Positions 38,906 through 48,011 are shown, numbered from the stretch's first letter. The stretch is DNA of 64,000 nt from Fibrobacter sp. (GCA_012523035.1 JAAYJH010000054.1:752-64751); one strand, 5' to 3'. Numbers and translations are program-made. Notes: generated by a model from the sequence alone, not told the origin.

Positions 38906-40120
38906 CTACAAATAAGCTTCGTGGATAGACTCCATTAAAGCCGTGTCTGTTAAAGACAAATTCTTTAAAATCGATTGGATTTTTTTAGGTGAATCTTCTT
39001 CGATTGCTTCTATCAAAGAAAGCAATTGCCCTAAAACACCTTTCCTCTTTAATATAGCCTTTTTCAAATCTTTATCTATATCTAAAGCATTTAAAACTTT
39101 CTTAAAAGGAGCATTAAGCAAAGCATCTATATGACTCATCAAGCCCAAAACAAAGGCTTTAGACGCTAAATCACTCTTTGCATCTATTTTTTTCGCCAAA
39201 TTTTCTAAAACACGAGCCCTATGAGAAGCGTTTTGAAACAAAGCAGAGGATTGAGGTTTTTCTCCCATTTCTGGTCTGGAATAAAGCATTAAAAGAAGCC
39301 AATGATTCAAACGAAGCTCCCCCATAGATGCAATGGCGTCTTTGAAGTTTTCTAAAGGTTTTTCTAGCAAAGGAGTGGAATTCAAATGTTTTAGCAAAAG
39401 ATTTGCTAAATCTGGCTCCTGAAGAAAAAGATCTTCTACTTCTTGAGCACTTTTTGAAGCTTTTATTTTTTGAATTAAATTCAATAATGTCGCTATTTCT
39501 GTTTTTTGTCCTTGTCCTGTGACCAGTTCCGGTTTGGCAAAAAAATAGCCTTGAAATAAATCATAACCCTCTTTAACACACGCCATAAAATCAGCTTGCG
39601 TTTCCACTTTTTCGGCTAAAAGTAGTATCCCTTTGGGCTTAAAAAACTCGACAGCTTTTCTTCTACTTCTTGTTTTATTTCGTGGCAAATCTATTTTAAC
39701 ATAAGAAAGGTAAGGAAAAACAGAAGTCCACAACTTTACACTTTTAGACGAAAATTGAAAATCATCCAAAGCAAAAGTATAACCTTTTTGGTGAAGGGCT
39801 TGTATTGCTAATAACACATCTTTATCGGGCTTCACACTCTCCAATATTTCTATGACAAAGAGTTTAGGGTCCAACACAGAAAGAATTGGGTCCAATAAAA
39901 TCTCTCTATTGGCATTCACAAATGCCTTGTGGTTTCCAAGTAATTTAGAAGAACCTATATTGTTTAATACATTTTCTAAAACAAAAGCTGTGGCATAAAA
40001 ATCATTTTGAATCACAGCTCTTTGGCTTGTTGGTGAATCTCTAAATAAAAGTTCATAGCCAAAAACTTTCTGCTCTTTATTTAAAATAGGTTGTCGAGCC
40101 AAATATACAAATGTATCCAT
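38906..40120 (-). CDS. EAL-domain plus HDOD-domain protein (c-di-GMP phosphodiesterase-like)
   Basis: YELLFR (an ELL variant of EAL), FVNAN, EILE, LDDF, KIDL and QGYFFAKP. The C-terminal HDOD-like region contains GLMSHIDALL. Confidence 0.8.
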   Translation of the reverse strand: MDTFVYLARQPILNKEQKVFGYELLFRDSPTSQRAVIQNDFYATAFVLENVLNNIGSSKLLGNHKAFVNANREILLDPILSVLDPKLFVIEILESVKPDKDVLLAIQALHQKGYTFALDDFQFSSKSVKLWTSVFPYLSYVKIDLPRNKTRSRRKAVEFFKPKGILLLAEKVETQADFMACVKEGYDLFQGYFFAKPELVTGQGQKTEIATLLNLIQKIKASKSAQEVEDLFLQEPDLANLLLKHLNSTPLLEKPLENFKDAIASMGELRLNHWLLLMLYSRPEMGEKPQSSALFQNASHRARVLENLAKKIDAKSDLASKAFVLGLMSHIDALLNAPFKKVLNALDIDKDLKKAILKRKGVLGQLLSLIEAIEEDSPKKIQSILKNLSLTDTALMESIHEAYL

Positions 40121-40123
40121 AAA

Positions 40124-40963
40124 TCAAATGCGTGCCGACTTTATCGTAAACAATAAAACGCTTCGGCAACCCATCGCCCACAATTGATCCATTATTTCAT
40201 TGGCATCATCTTGAAGCACCATTGCTTTGACAGCGTACCAATCTTGGTTATGAAGCTGTGAAATAGTGGGGGAATCTAAACCAGGAGTCAAATCACAAGC
40301 CTTAGAAAGAAACTGACTAGGCACATTGTATTCGATCATCATATAAGAAGAAGCGACCAATTTTCCTTCTATGCGACGAATTAAAGTGTTGACTTTAATG
40401 TCATTTTGTTTATCTGGGTGTGTAAACAAAGCAGCATTGCTCTTAAAAAGAGGCTCGCCCAGAATACGAAGCCCAGCTTGTTTTAAAGTCGTTCCTGTTT
40501 CCACCACATCCACCACAGCATCGGCAACGCCAAGATTCACAGAAATTTCAACAGCCCCTTCCAATTTAATGATATTCATTTGCTTTTGGTAAAATTGATT
40601 TACAATATTTGGGAAACTGGTAGCAATACTACTTTCTTTTAAATCACTTAAGCTTGCAATAGAGCTATCATTTGGCACCGCAGCGCAAAGCTTAGAAGCC
40701 CCATAGGGTAAGTCCAAAACTTTAATAGCTGGGCTATTGGCTTCGGCATTAAAATCGATCCCTGTAATCCCTGCATCAATAATCCCACGACCCACATACA
40801 TAGGAATATCACTGGGCCTTAAAAAGAAAAACTCTATTCCATTTTGTAGGTCTATTGAAGTTAGTGTTTTATAAGGTTTAGAGGCTTTATAACCACAGGC
40901 TTTCAATAAATCTTGTGTGGGATCAAAAAGCATTCCTTTATTGGGTAAAGCTACTTTTATCAT
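40124..40963 (-). CDS. hisG: ATP phosphoribosyltransferase (long form)
   Basis: 279 aa. N-terminus IKVALPNKGMLFDPTQDLLKACGY, a PRPP loop region (VVDVVETGTTLKQAGL), and a C-terminal regulatory domain. Confidence 0.9.
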   Translation of the reverse strand: MIKVALPNKGMLFDPTQDLLKACGYKASKPYKTLTSIDLQNGIEFFFLRPSDIPMYVGRGIIDAGITGIDFNAEANSPAIKVLDLPYGASKLCAAVPNDSSIASLSDLKESSIATSFPNIVNQFYQKQMNIIKLEGAVEISVNLGVADAVVDVVETGTTLKQAGLRILGEPLFKSNAALFTHPDKQNDIKVNTLIRRIEGKLVASSYMMIEYNVPSQFLSKACDLTPGLDSPTISQLHNQDWYAVKAMVLQDDANEIMDQLWAMGCRSVLLFTIKSARI

Positions 40964-41220
40964 AATTCTTTGTATACCTCATCGAGACTTAAACCTTTTT
41001 CTGCCATCATCATGGCCACATAATATAAAACTTGTGATAACTCAATTGCTTGGTCTTTTTTGCTTTCATAACGAGCAGCCATCCAAGATTCAGCGGCTTC
41101 TTCTACTAATTTTTTACCAATAGCGTGTGCACCTTTTTTGAATAATTCTGTACTCCCACTACCTTCTGGCATTTCTTTTTTTCGTTGACACACTAGATTG
41201 TACACTTCTTCAAAAGTCAT
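40960..41220 (-). CDS. hisE: Phosphoribosyl-ATP pyrophosphatase
   Basis: 86 aa with a MazG-like pattern (GKKLVEEAAESWMA...ELSQVLYYVAMMM). A 4-nt overlap links it to hisG. Confidence 0.75.
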   Translation of the reverse strand: MTFEEVYNLVCQRKKEMPEGSGSTELFKKGAHAIGKKLVEEAAESWMAARYESKKDQAIELSQVLYYVAMMMAEKGLSLDEVYKEL

Positions 41221-41353
41221 AAAAGCCTCTATTTTTAAAAGAACCCTAAAGAATCAAGGGCATATAAAATCAATATAGAAAATTCAATGAAAATCAGAGT
41301 TCTAATAGAAAAATATAATACTAAAGCAATAAGAGAAAGCGAAACTTTTTTTA

Positions 41354-42010
41354 CTAAATAGTGATCACACGCCACAAATCTTGACCACTATTCAAATACT
41401 TCCGTTCAAATGCAGTTTCTGGTTTTTGTGGTCTCCAAGTTTCTAATTTAACAGAAGAAAACATTTGCAATTTTGGGAGTGCAATTTCACAAGCCTTCAA
41501 AAACTCATCTCCATATATTTTCCAATTAGTACGCATCTCGAAATGAGGAGAAAGCATTAAAAAAGTAGGGAATATAGGGTGGGCATGAAATCGTCTGCCC
41601 AGTTGCACCTCTTTAGGCCATGGATTAGGATAATAAAGAGCGTGAAACAACACACTCCACTTTGCTTCTAAAGCCAAACGCCAAAAATCCAACAGCTCCA
41701 CCTGCAATAAAAGCAAATTTTGAGGCAAGTCTTTTTTTTGTTTTGAAAGTCTAAAATCGGACTTATCAAGCCCAAGCACAGGATGCTCTGGAAAACGCTC
41801 CGCCAACACCAAAGAGCTGTCTGCAGTTCCACACCCCGAGTCTAAAACCACCTTTTTATTAAATTTTTTGACAAAACCTTCTGCCACCTCAAAAGCCCTA
41901 ATTGTATGCCTTGCCAAAGGTCTTTTATATAATGTATTGAGATACAAAAGGACTTTTTCTTCTAAGGCTTTAGCAACACCTTGTTGATCTGTCTTTACGC
42001 ACCTAGTCAA
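41354..42010 (-). CDS. TrmB-like SAM-dependent methyltransferase (tRNA m7G46-type)
   Basis: SAM motif VLDSGCGTADSS. YYPNPWPKEVQLGRR resembles the TrmB motif FPDPWxKxRHxKRR. C-terminal TAFERKY. Confidence 0.55.
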   Translation of the reverse strand: MTRCVKTDQQGVAKALEEKVLLYLNTLYKRPLARHTIRAFEVAEGFVKKFNKKVVLDSGCGTADSSLVLAERFPEHPVLGLDKSDFRLSKQKKDLPQNLLLLQVELLDFWRLALEAKWSVLFHALYYPNPWPKEVQLGRRFHAHPIFPTFLMLSPHFEMRTNWKIYGDEFLKACEIALPKLQMFSSVKLETWRPQKPETAFERKYLNSGQDLWRVITI

Positions 42011-42025
42011 AATCCAGACAGATCC

Positions 42026-43216
42026 TTAGAACCAAAGTTGTTCTTTTGTGAGTCCAACTAACTCTACATCGTCTAAATAAAAATCAACATCTTCATCAAA
42101 CGCCCAAGCAATAATACGCCGTTCTGTCAAAAGGATAGGGTTTTCCTTCACTCCCTCTAATTTTTGCACTGGAACCGAAACACGCATCCATTCATCACCT
42201 AAAAGATCTATTCTAAACTCAGGAGATTTTAGACCTAGACGACACTCTAAAGTTATGGCTTCAGCTTTCGAAACTTCGGCACAATTTTCATTGACTGGTA
42301 ACAATTGCAAATAAATAGTACCGACTCCTTTTGCTTTAAAAACAATAGAGTCTAATCCAGTCAAATCATAAGTTTTCCCTGAATCTCCAATTTGCATACC
42401 AAAAAGGCCCCAAGGATAATCATCCTCGAGATTTTCTGGAAATCTTGTAGAAAAGTGAATGTATTGATTCACTCCATCTCCCTCTAAAGGACTCACGGTA
42501 TCTCCATGAAACAAGCTATTAAAAGTCGTTTTCACAGAATCATGAGTGCTCAAAAACCACCAAGCGGTTTCTCCTCCCAAATATGGTGAAAAACGATGTT
42601 CTGTATTCATATCTTCGAAGTCATCTAAGAGCAAGCGTTCAGTTTCTATAACAAAAGGAGGTGCATATTCTTGATTTTCCTCGTACACTTGAACATAAGA
42701 AGCGTATATATTCTGTTCTTTTGTATAAATCAGCGTATGAGGCCCTGCGGGTAAAGCATCAAAGCAGAAATTTCCGTTAGCATCTACGGCGGCTTTATAC
42801 CTAGTCCCTTGACTATAAACCACTCCATTCCCTTCAGAAACATCGACATTTCCTCTTAACTTTGCATACGAACTCAAGCGAAGCTCACCTTTTTCATAAG
42901 ATTCACCATTAGACAAATTCACCTTGAACTGCAAGCCCTCGTCTTTAGTAGCAATTTCTACCACATAAGCTCCATCCTCTAAATTTGTCACCCTTAACTG
43001 CCCCATAGAGTCTGTTTGAAACTCTCGCTCTGTGGACGCCAAAGAAGATGCGGACTTTACATACACCCTTGCCAAAGCAGCCACGCTGTTGTCTTTCATA
43101 GTCACAGATGCAGTTATAGCATTACCAGCCTCTGTGCCAGAAGGTCCACCCCCAGCAACATCAGAAGTACATCCTATAAAGCACCATAAGGCTAATAAAA
43201 AGAAAACTCTTTTCAC
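42026..43216 (-). CDS. Lipoprotein with two carboxypeptidase-regulatory-like beta-sandwich domains and a C-terminal CBM11/CIA30-like domain
   Basis: Lipobox WCFIGC. Segments such as GQLRVTNLEDGAYVVEI and ANGNFCFDALPAGPHTLIY. The C-terminal domain opens with LLLDDFEDM. Confidence 0.45.
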   Translation of the reverse strand: MKRVFFLLALWCFIGCTSDVAGGGPSGTEAGNAITASVTMKDNSVAALARVYVKSASSLASTEREFQTDSMGQLRVTNLEDGAYVVEIATKDEGLQFKVNLSNGESYEKGELRLSSYAKLRGNVDVSEGNGVVYSQGTRYKAAVDANGNFCFDALPAGPHTLIYTKEQNIYASYVQVYEENQEYAPPFVIETERLLLDDFEDMNTEHRFSPYLGGETAWWFLSTHDSVKTTFNSLFHGDTVSPLEGDGVNQYIHFSTRFPENLEDDYPWGLFGMQIGDSGKTYDLTGLDSIVFKAKGVGTIYLQLLPVNENCAEVSKAEAITLECRLGLKSPEFRIDLLGDEWMRVSVPVQKLEGVKENPILLTERRIIAWAFDEDVDFYLDDVELVGLTKEQLWF

Positions 43217-44073
43217 GAAAGTTCCTTTGAATTTTCTGATTTATTTTGAACGACATTATCCACAGTATCAGTTAATGGAAATATAGAAACATTTAACGCA
43301 TACACACGATTCGCAGACTCAGAACGATTAGCAAATTGAAGCAATCCGCGTCTAAACTCCTCTATTCGTCTTTTTATCTCGGGTAAATCTTCTTCATCTG
43401 CAGTAAGAACAATAGAAGAAACATCCCTTTCTTCAACCTTAAAACGATCTAAGGATTCTTGAGCCAATTCTAAAGTACGCCGATGAAACTCTCTCACCGC
43501 ACCACTTTGGACTTCACCACCCGTAGAAACGATTTGATCCGTAATATTCCAGCCACCCTTTGAATCGGGTTCAATTAATTTCAGCTGCTTCAATACTTCA
43601 AAAGCATTATTGGCATCACGGGTAGAAACAAGAGGGATTATTTTTTTAGCAAGAACTTCAAAGTCAGAAGTATCTTCTGAGATCCCTATCAAAGCCCTTA
43701 AAGCGGTACAAGCCCAGTTTGCAAAGTATACAAACTCAGGATTCGTTAAAACACGGGCTTCCATTTCTCGAAGCTCCATCAATCGATGATAATGCTCAGA
43801 AATCACTTCCTTAGCTTTGGCCTTATTGAAGCGATACAAAACTTTAAAATACTCAGCACGACGATCATCTAAAGAACACAAACGAATAAAAGAAGGGAGG
43901 GCCTCTTCGTTCAAATGGCCTTCTTTTTGAAAAACTCGAACTAGCCAAGCGGGATCCACTCCCGTTTTTTGGCCTAAATATCGATAAGAAGTAAAACGAT
44001 TTTCCTTTTTACTTTCTACAAACCAATCTCTTAGGTATTCTCGGTATTCTAAATAATTTAGGACATCTGGCAT
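43213..44073 (-). CDS. TIGR02147-like family protein (Fibrobacter-type paralogous family, probable DNA-binding)
   Basis: The N-terminus YLEYREYLRDWFVESKKENRFTSYRYLGQKTGV matches my recollection of the TIGR02147 signature. A 4-nt overlap links it to the downstream lipoprotein gene. Confidence 0.55.
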   Translation of the reverse strand: MPDVLNYLEYREYLRDWFVESKKENRFTSYRYLGQKTGVDPAWLVRVFQKEGHLNEEALPSFIRLCSLDDRRAEYFKVLYRFNKAKAKEVISEHYHRLMELREMEARVLTNPEFVYFANWACTALRALIGISEDTSDFEVLAKKIIPLVSTRDANNAFEVLKQLKLIEPDSKGGWNITDQIVSTGGEVQSGAVREFHRRTLELAQESLDRFKVEERDVSSIVLTADEEDLPEIKRRIEEFRRGLLQFANRSESANRVYALNVSIFPLTDTVDNVVQNKSENSKELS

Positions 44074-44234
44074 AATTATAATTTATATAAACCACAAGAT
44101 AAAAACTACAATCCGTTCAATATAACCTGTATTTTGTTGTTTTAACCTCAACGATTATAAAAAAACAAACAGATAAAAGCGTCTTTCTTAAAAAATATAT
44201 TCTATAATATGAGTATCCTAATATCCCAAAACCT

Positions 44235-44275
44235 ACAATCCCCTGGTACGCATCCTCCGGGGGATTGTGCTTTTT
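44235..44275. terminator. GC-rich hairpin plus T-run in the 540-nt gap (terminator-like, usable in both orientations)
   Basis: 9-bp stem acaatcccc/ggggattgt (44235-44243 and 44260-44268) with a 16-nt loop, followed by gcTTTTT. On the minus strand it is followed by aggTTTT. Confidence 0.4.
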
Positions 44276-44438
44276 AAATGTAAACATTTGTAAAAAATCT
44301 ATTCACTCTTCAAACGCTGGATCAACCTTACAAAACTCTTGATTTCAAAAGATTCATATCATAAAACATACAACTAGACAAAATCGTCATACGAAACCCC
44401 TACTCAAACAGACTCAAAACACATTAAAATTATCTATA

Positions 44439-44463
44439 TGAAGTCTCACACACGCCTGGCTTT
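44439..44463 (+). repeat. Left copy of a perfect 25-bp inverted repeat (tgaagtctcacacacgcctggcttt)
   Basis: Exact reverse complement of 49868-49892. Identity ends abruptly on both sides. Confidence 0.95.
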
Positions 44464-44612
44464 ATCTCGTTCATAAAAATAAAACACCAAAATCTATTGA
44501 AAATGAACTCTATTCTACTACTTGTTCACCTTTAAATCGAAAAATACAAACGAGATTAAAACAAATAAAACCTTATTAAAGAGCTAGATATGAAAAAAGA
44601 AAACTTAAAATT

Positions 44613-46304
44613 CTACTTGAATTTATACACATAACCATTGTATATAGCCTGCAAAGCGATGGTCAAATAAGCTACTGGAGAATTCCAATTGATAGCCACT
44701 TCATTAGTCGCATAACTGCAGCGATCATCGGTATAATTGAGTGCATGAATTTTCTCTGCAGTGTAATCTTTGCACTGCCACGGCTCTTCACCCACATCTT
44801 GTTTACCCGAATGAGCTCCACCGACAACCATTCCAGGCACAGGGTCATCAATTTCATCGGCTTCACTAGGACGGTGGTGCGGATTTTTTGGAGATTTATA
44901 ACCAAAACCACTCACATAAGAAAAATTCAGAGGGTTTCTGCCCAAAACATAATCTAATGCACTTTGAGCCGCCCCTAAAAAGTCTTTATTTTGAGTGATA
45001 TAATAAGCATACAAAAGAATGATTCCATTATTTGCCACCGCAGAGTTTGAGCCCCACACCCAATTCCACTCTTCGATAGGGAGTCCATAGGCAGAATTTT
45101 TAGCGACTTCTAAAATTCGATTGGCCACAGTCAACAAAGTATCTTGAGCTGTCTTTTGCAATTCCTTAAATGCCTTGGAACTAGCAACCCTATACACCGA
45201 CAAAAAGTTTAAATCCCCCCACCACGGTCCATTTGCATTGAAAAGATTTTCATTCAAATCCTTTAAGTATATCGTCTTTTTTGTGCTTTCATATAACTCG
45301 GCTGCTGCAAAACGAAACTCATCTAAATTGTTTTCACCTTTGGGTGTATATGTCCCGGTATTCACATCTTGAGGCTGTTCATACACCACATTTGGATGTT
45401 CTTTTGCCCATAAATATGCTTTTTCTGCCGCTACCAAGGTTTTTTTTGAAAAACTAGGATCTGTTTTTTTATAAACACGAGAAGCTTGTGCCATAACACC
45501 AGAAAAATTTAGAGAAGCAGCTGTTGATTTAGGGAGTACAACGCGTTCTGCTTTGTCTTGATGAGGCATAACCGAACCACTAAACTTTTTTGTAGTTAAT
45601 TTATGATACACCCCTCCATCTGCATCTTGCATGCTTAACATCCAATCTAAATTCCAACGCACTTCACTCAATAAATCGCTCTTCCCTCTTTTGGATTCTG
45701 GAATATGGAGCTGCAAAGTATCACAAAGCTTTGGAAAATGCTCGTACAAGTTAAGCAATGTAAAAACAGTGATGCCACTATTGACAATGTATTTACCGTA
45801 ATCGCCCGCATCGTACCAACCTTTAGGAGAACTTATTTTTTTATCTGTCCCATAAATTAAAACCGAAGTGTCAGGATGCCCAGCCAAGCGGGCCCATTTA
45901 CCCGCATACTTTGCTTCTAAAGCGGTGCTCGATCGTTGATAATAGAACCACTTTAAAAGAGATTTCCCTAAATCCACATAGACATCCTTATCAATCACTA
46001 TATTGTTACTGATAGCCACTCCATTTTGAATAGCCAAATAAGTCCCTGGTGTTTTTATGGACGAAATATCAATCAATTGTACAGACTCTTCACTGTAGTC
46101 CCACTTTTTTGAAAAAGGCGGCACTAATTGCATCACCGTTTTTCCCTGGACTATATTTATAATATGCACTGTATCTACAGACTCCGTTCGCACCACAATT
46201 TGCTTGGTAGACTTAGGGTGAAAACCTACTTGATTAAAGACAGCTGGAGCAGCGTGAATAGAAATCACAAACAACAAAGAACTTAAAAATAAAATCAATC
46301 TCAT
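44613..46304 (-). CDS. Glycoside hydrolase family 9 endoglucanase with N-terminal Ig-like (CelD_N-type) domain
   Basis: Signal peptide, GWYDAGDYGKY, HHRPS, and the C-terminal signature YTDDRCSYATNEVAINWNSP. Confidence 0.85.
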   Translation of the reverse strand: MRLILFLSSLLFVISIHAAPAVFNQVGFHPKSTKQIVVRTESVDTVHIINIVQGKTVMQLVPPFSKKWDYSEESVQLIDISSIKTPGTYLAIQNGVAISNNIVIDKDVYVDLGKSLLKWFYYQRSSTALEAKYAGKWARLAGHPDTSVLIYGTDKKISSPKGWYDAGDYGKYIVNSGITVFTLLNLYEHFPKLCDTLQLHIPESKRGKSDLLSEVRWNLDWMLSMQDADGGVYHKLTTKKFSGSVMPHQDKAERVVLPKSTAASLNFSGVMAQASRVYKKTDPSFSKKTLVAAEKAYLWAKEHPNVVYEQPQDVNTGTYTPKGENNLDEFRFAAAELYESTKKTIYLKDLNENLFNANGPWWGDLNFLSVYRVASSKAFKELQKTAQDTLLTVANRILEVAKNSAYGLPIEEWNWVWGSNSAVANNGIILLYAYYITQNKDFLGAAQSALDYVLGRNPLNFSYVSGFGYKSPKNPHHRPSEADEIDDPVPGMVVGGAHSGKQDVGEEPWQCKDYTAEKIHALNYTDDRCSYATNEVAINWNSPVAYLTIALQAIYNGYVYKFK

Positions 46305-46380
46305 AAATTTCCAAAAAAAAAAAGATTCTCTTTATAAATAATACTAATTCAAAAGATAAATCAAAATAATATCCTTTTAC

Positions 46381-46398
46381 TGGATACTTCAGTATCCA
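46381..46398. promoter_or_regulatory. 8-2-8 perfect inverted repeat TGGATACT-tc-AGTATCCA (operator-like or small hairpin)
   Basis: Read directly from the sequence. It lies 77 nt upstream of the GH9 start codon and 45 nt downstream of the pilin stop. Confidence 0.3.
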
Positions 46399-46442
46399 CT
46401 CTAGATATTTCATTTCTATTTTCAGACTGTTACCAATCAGTC

Positions 46443-46916
46443 CTATTGAGTAATAGAACTAAAATTTGGAGTGAGCTCTTTACACCCAGAAGCTATGATA
46501 ACCTCGAAGAGAGCCTCCTCTTCATTACTTTCTTCAATATTAATTTGCCAGTTAATTGTATTGCCATCTCCAGAACAATCATTGAGAGTGACTTTATTAG
46601 CAGCAGACCACATAAAATCCTGACCTTCACTTAAAGCCACACTCCCCACTAATTGAGAAGAATAAACAAAATTATGAGTTTGAAAAGACTCATCTCCCGG
46701 TGGACTGTATCCTATAAGCTTCCACGACCCTATCATTTGTGCTTCCAAAATATAAGCTCGTTCCATTTTTATAAAAGTAGCAGCCGCTGGACCTAACTCA
46801 GAAGCTTTAGATTTAGCAACCATACCAAAAAGTTTAGGTATCGCTACAGCTGCTAAAACACCTATGATCACCACCACCACCATTAACTCTATTAAAGTAA
46901 AGCCCTCCTTTTTCAT
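46443..46916 (-). CDS. Type IV pilin / pseudopilin-like protein with prepilin N-terminal methylation motif
   Basis: MKKEG-FTLIELMVVVVIIGVLAAVAIPKL, a class III signal with the conserved Glu at +5. Confidence 0.8.
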   Translation of the reverse strand: MKKEGFTLIELMVVVVIIGVLAAVAIPKLFGMVAKSKASELGPAAATFIKMERAYILEAQMIGSWKLIGYSPPGDESFQTHNFVYSSQLVGSVALSEGQDFMWSAANKVTLNDCSGDGNTINWQINIEESNEEEALFEVIIASGCKELTPNFSSITQ

Positions 46917-47123
46917 AATGCACCTCCTTCAAAAAGACTTTGACAACAACCCTACCTCTATAAAATAACTCCATTTGTCATAAAAGCAATAGTTTTGTCT
47001 ATTTTTTGTCATCACTTAGTCGCTTTCGCGTCATTTTGGTGTTATTTTCACGCTTTTACTAAAAAGTACAGGCATTTTTATTGATTTTATCTACAAAATT
47101 TATTTGTTTTATATATTTGTAGC

Positions 47124-48011
47124 ATGAAAGGCATTATTTTAGCTGGAGGTTCTGGGACTAGGCTTTATCCCTTAACTAAAGTAACCAGTAAACAGTTACT
47201 CCCCGTTTATGACAAGCCTATGATTTATTATCCACTTTCCACACTGATGCTGGCGGGGATTCGAGATATTTTAATCATTTCCACCCCCACAGATCTTCCT
47301 AATTTTAAAAGATTATTAGGAGATGGATCTTGCATGGGTGTGCAACTTTCTTATATAGAACAACCTAGTCCAGATGGTTTAGCTCAAGCTTTTTTGCTAG
47401 GAGAATCTTTTATTGGAAACGACTCCTGTGCCATGATTCTAGGTGACAATATTTTTTATGGCAATGGGCTTTCCGTTCTGCTCAAAGAGGCTGTGAAAAA
47501 TGCTGAACTCCATGGCCGAGCCAGTATCTTTGGATATTTTGTCGAGGACCCAAAACGCTTTGGTGTAGTAGAGTTTGATTCCAAAGGGAAAGTAATTTCT
47601 GTAGAAGAAAAACCCCAAAATCCAAAAAGCAATTACGCCATCACTGGACTCTATTTTTATGACAATCGAGTGGTAAAAGCAGCCAAACAAATCAAAGCCT
47701 CACCCAGAGGAGAGCTTGAAATCACGGACCTAAACCTCTTTTTCCTTAAAGAAGAAGAATTGGATGTAAAACTTTTAGGTCGCGGTTTTGCGTGGTTAGA
47801 TACTGGCACCATGGAAAGTTTATTAGATGCCGCCAACTTTGTGCAAATGATAGAAAAGAGGCAAGGCATCAAAATAGCTGCAGTCGAAGAAATTGCATTT
47901 TTAAACGGGTGGATTTCAAAAGAAAAACTAATGGAATCTGCAGAGAAATATGGAAAATCCTCTTATGGTGAACACTTGAGAAAAGTCGCCTTGGGAAAAA
48001 TCAAATATTAA
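47124..48011 (+). CDS. rfbA: Glucose-1-phosphate thymidylyltransferase
   Basis: [16 protein letters not shown] and a full-length RmlA-like sequence. Confidence 0.95.
   Translation: MKGIILAGGSGTRLYPLTKVTSKQLLPVYDKPMIYYPLSTLMLAGIRDILIISTPTDLPNFKRLLGDGSCMGVQLSYIEQPSPDGLAQAFLLGESFIGNDSCAMILGDNIFYGNGLSVLLKEAVKNAELHGRASIFGYFVEDPKRFGVVEFDSKGKVISVEEKPQNPKSNYAITGLYFYDNRVVKAAKQIKASPRGELEITDLNLFFLKEEELDVKLLGRGFAWLDTGTMESLLDAANFVQMIEKRQGIKIAAVEEIAFLNGWISKEKLMESAEKYGKSSYGEHLRKVALGKIKY

Noticed and set aside
44438-44476. Micro-ORFs starting inside both copies of the 25-bp inverted repeat (MKSHTRLALSRS on the plus strand at 44438-44476, and GTG-KSHTRLAFLV on the minus strand at 49858-49893).
   Set aside because: They are 11-12 codons long with no Shine-Dalgarno, and the sequences diverge immediately after the repeat. 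The shared reading frame is probably incidental. I mention it as a caveat in the repeat finding.
46939-46970. TTGACA hexamer in the pilin/rfbA divergent region as the rfbA promoter.
   Set aside because: The best downstream A/T hexamers sit at 13-nt or poorly matching 17-nt spacing, so I cannot support a specific promoter call.
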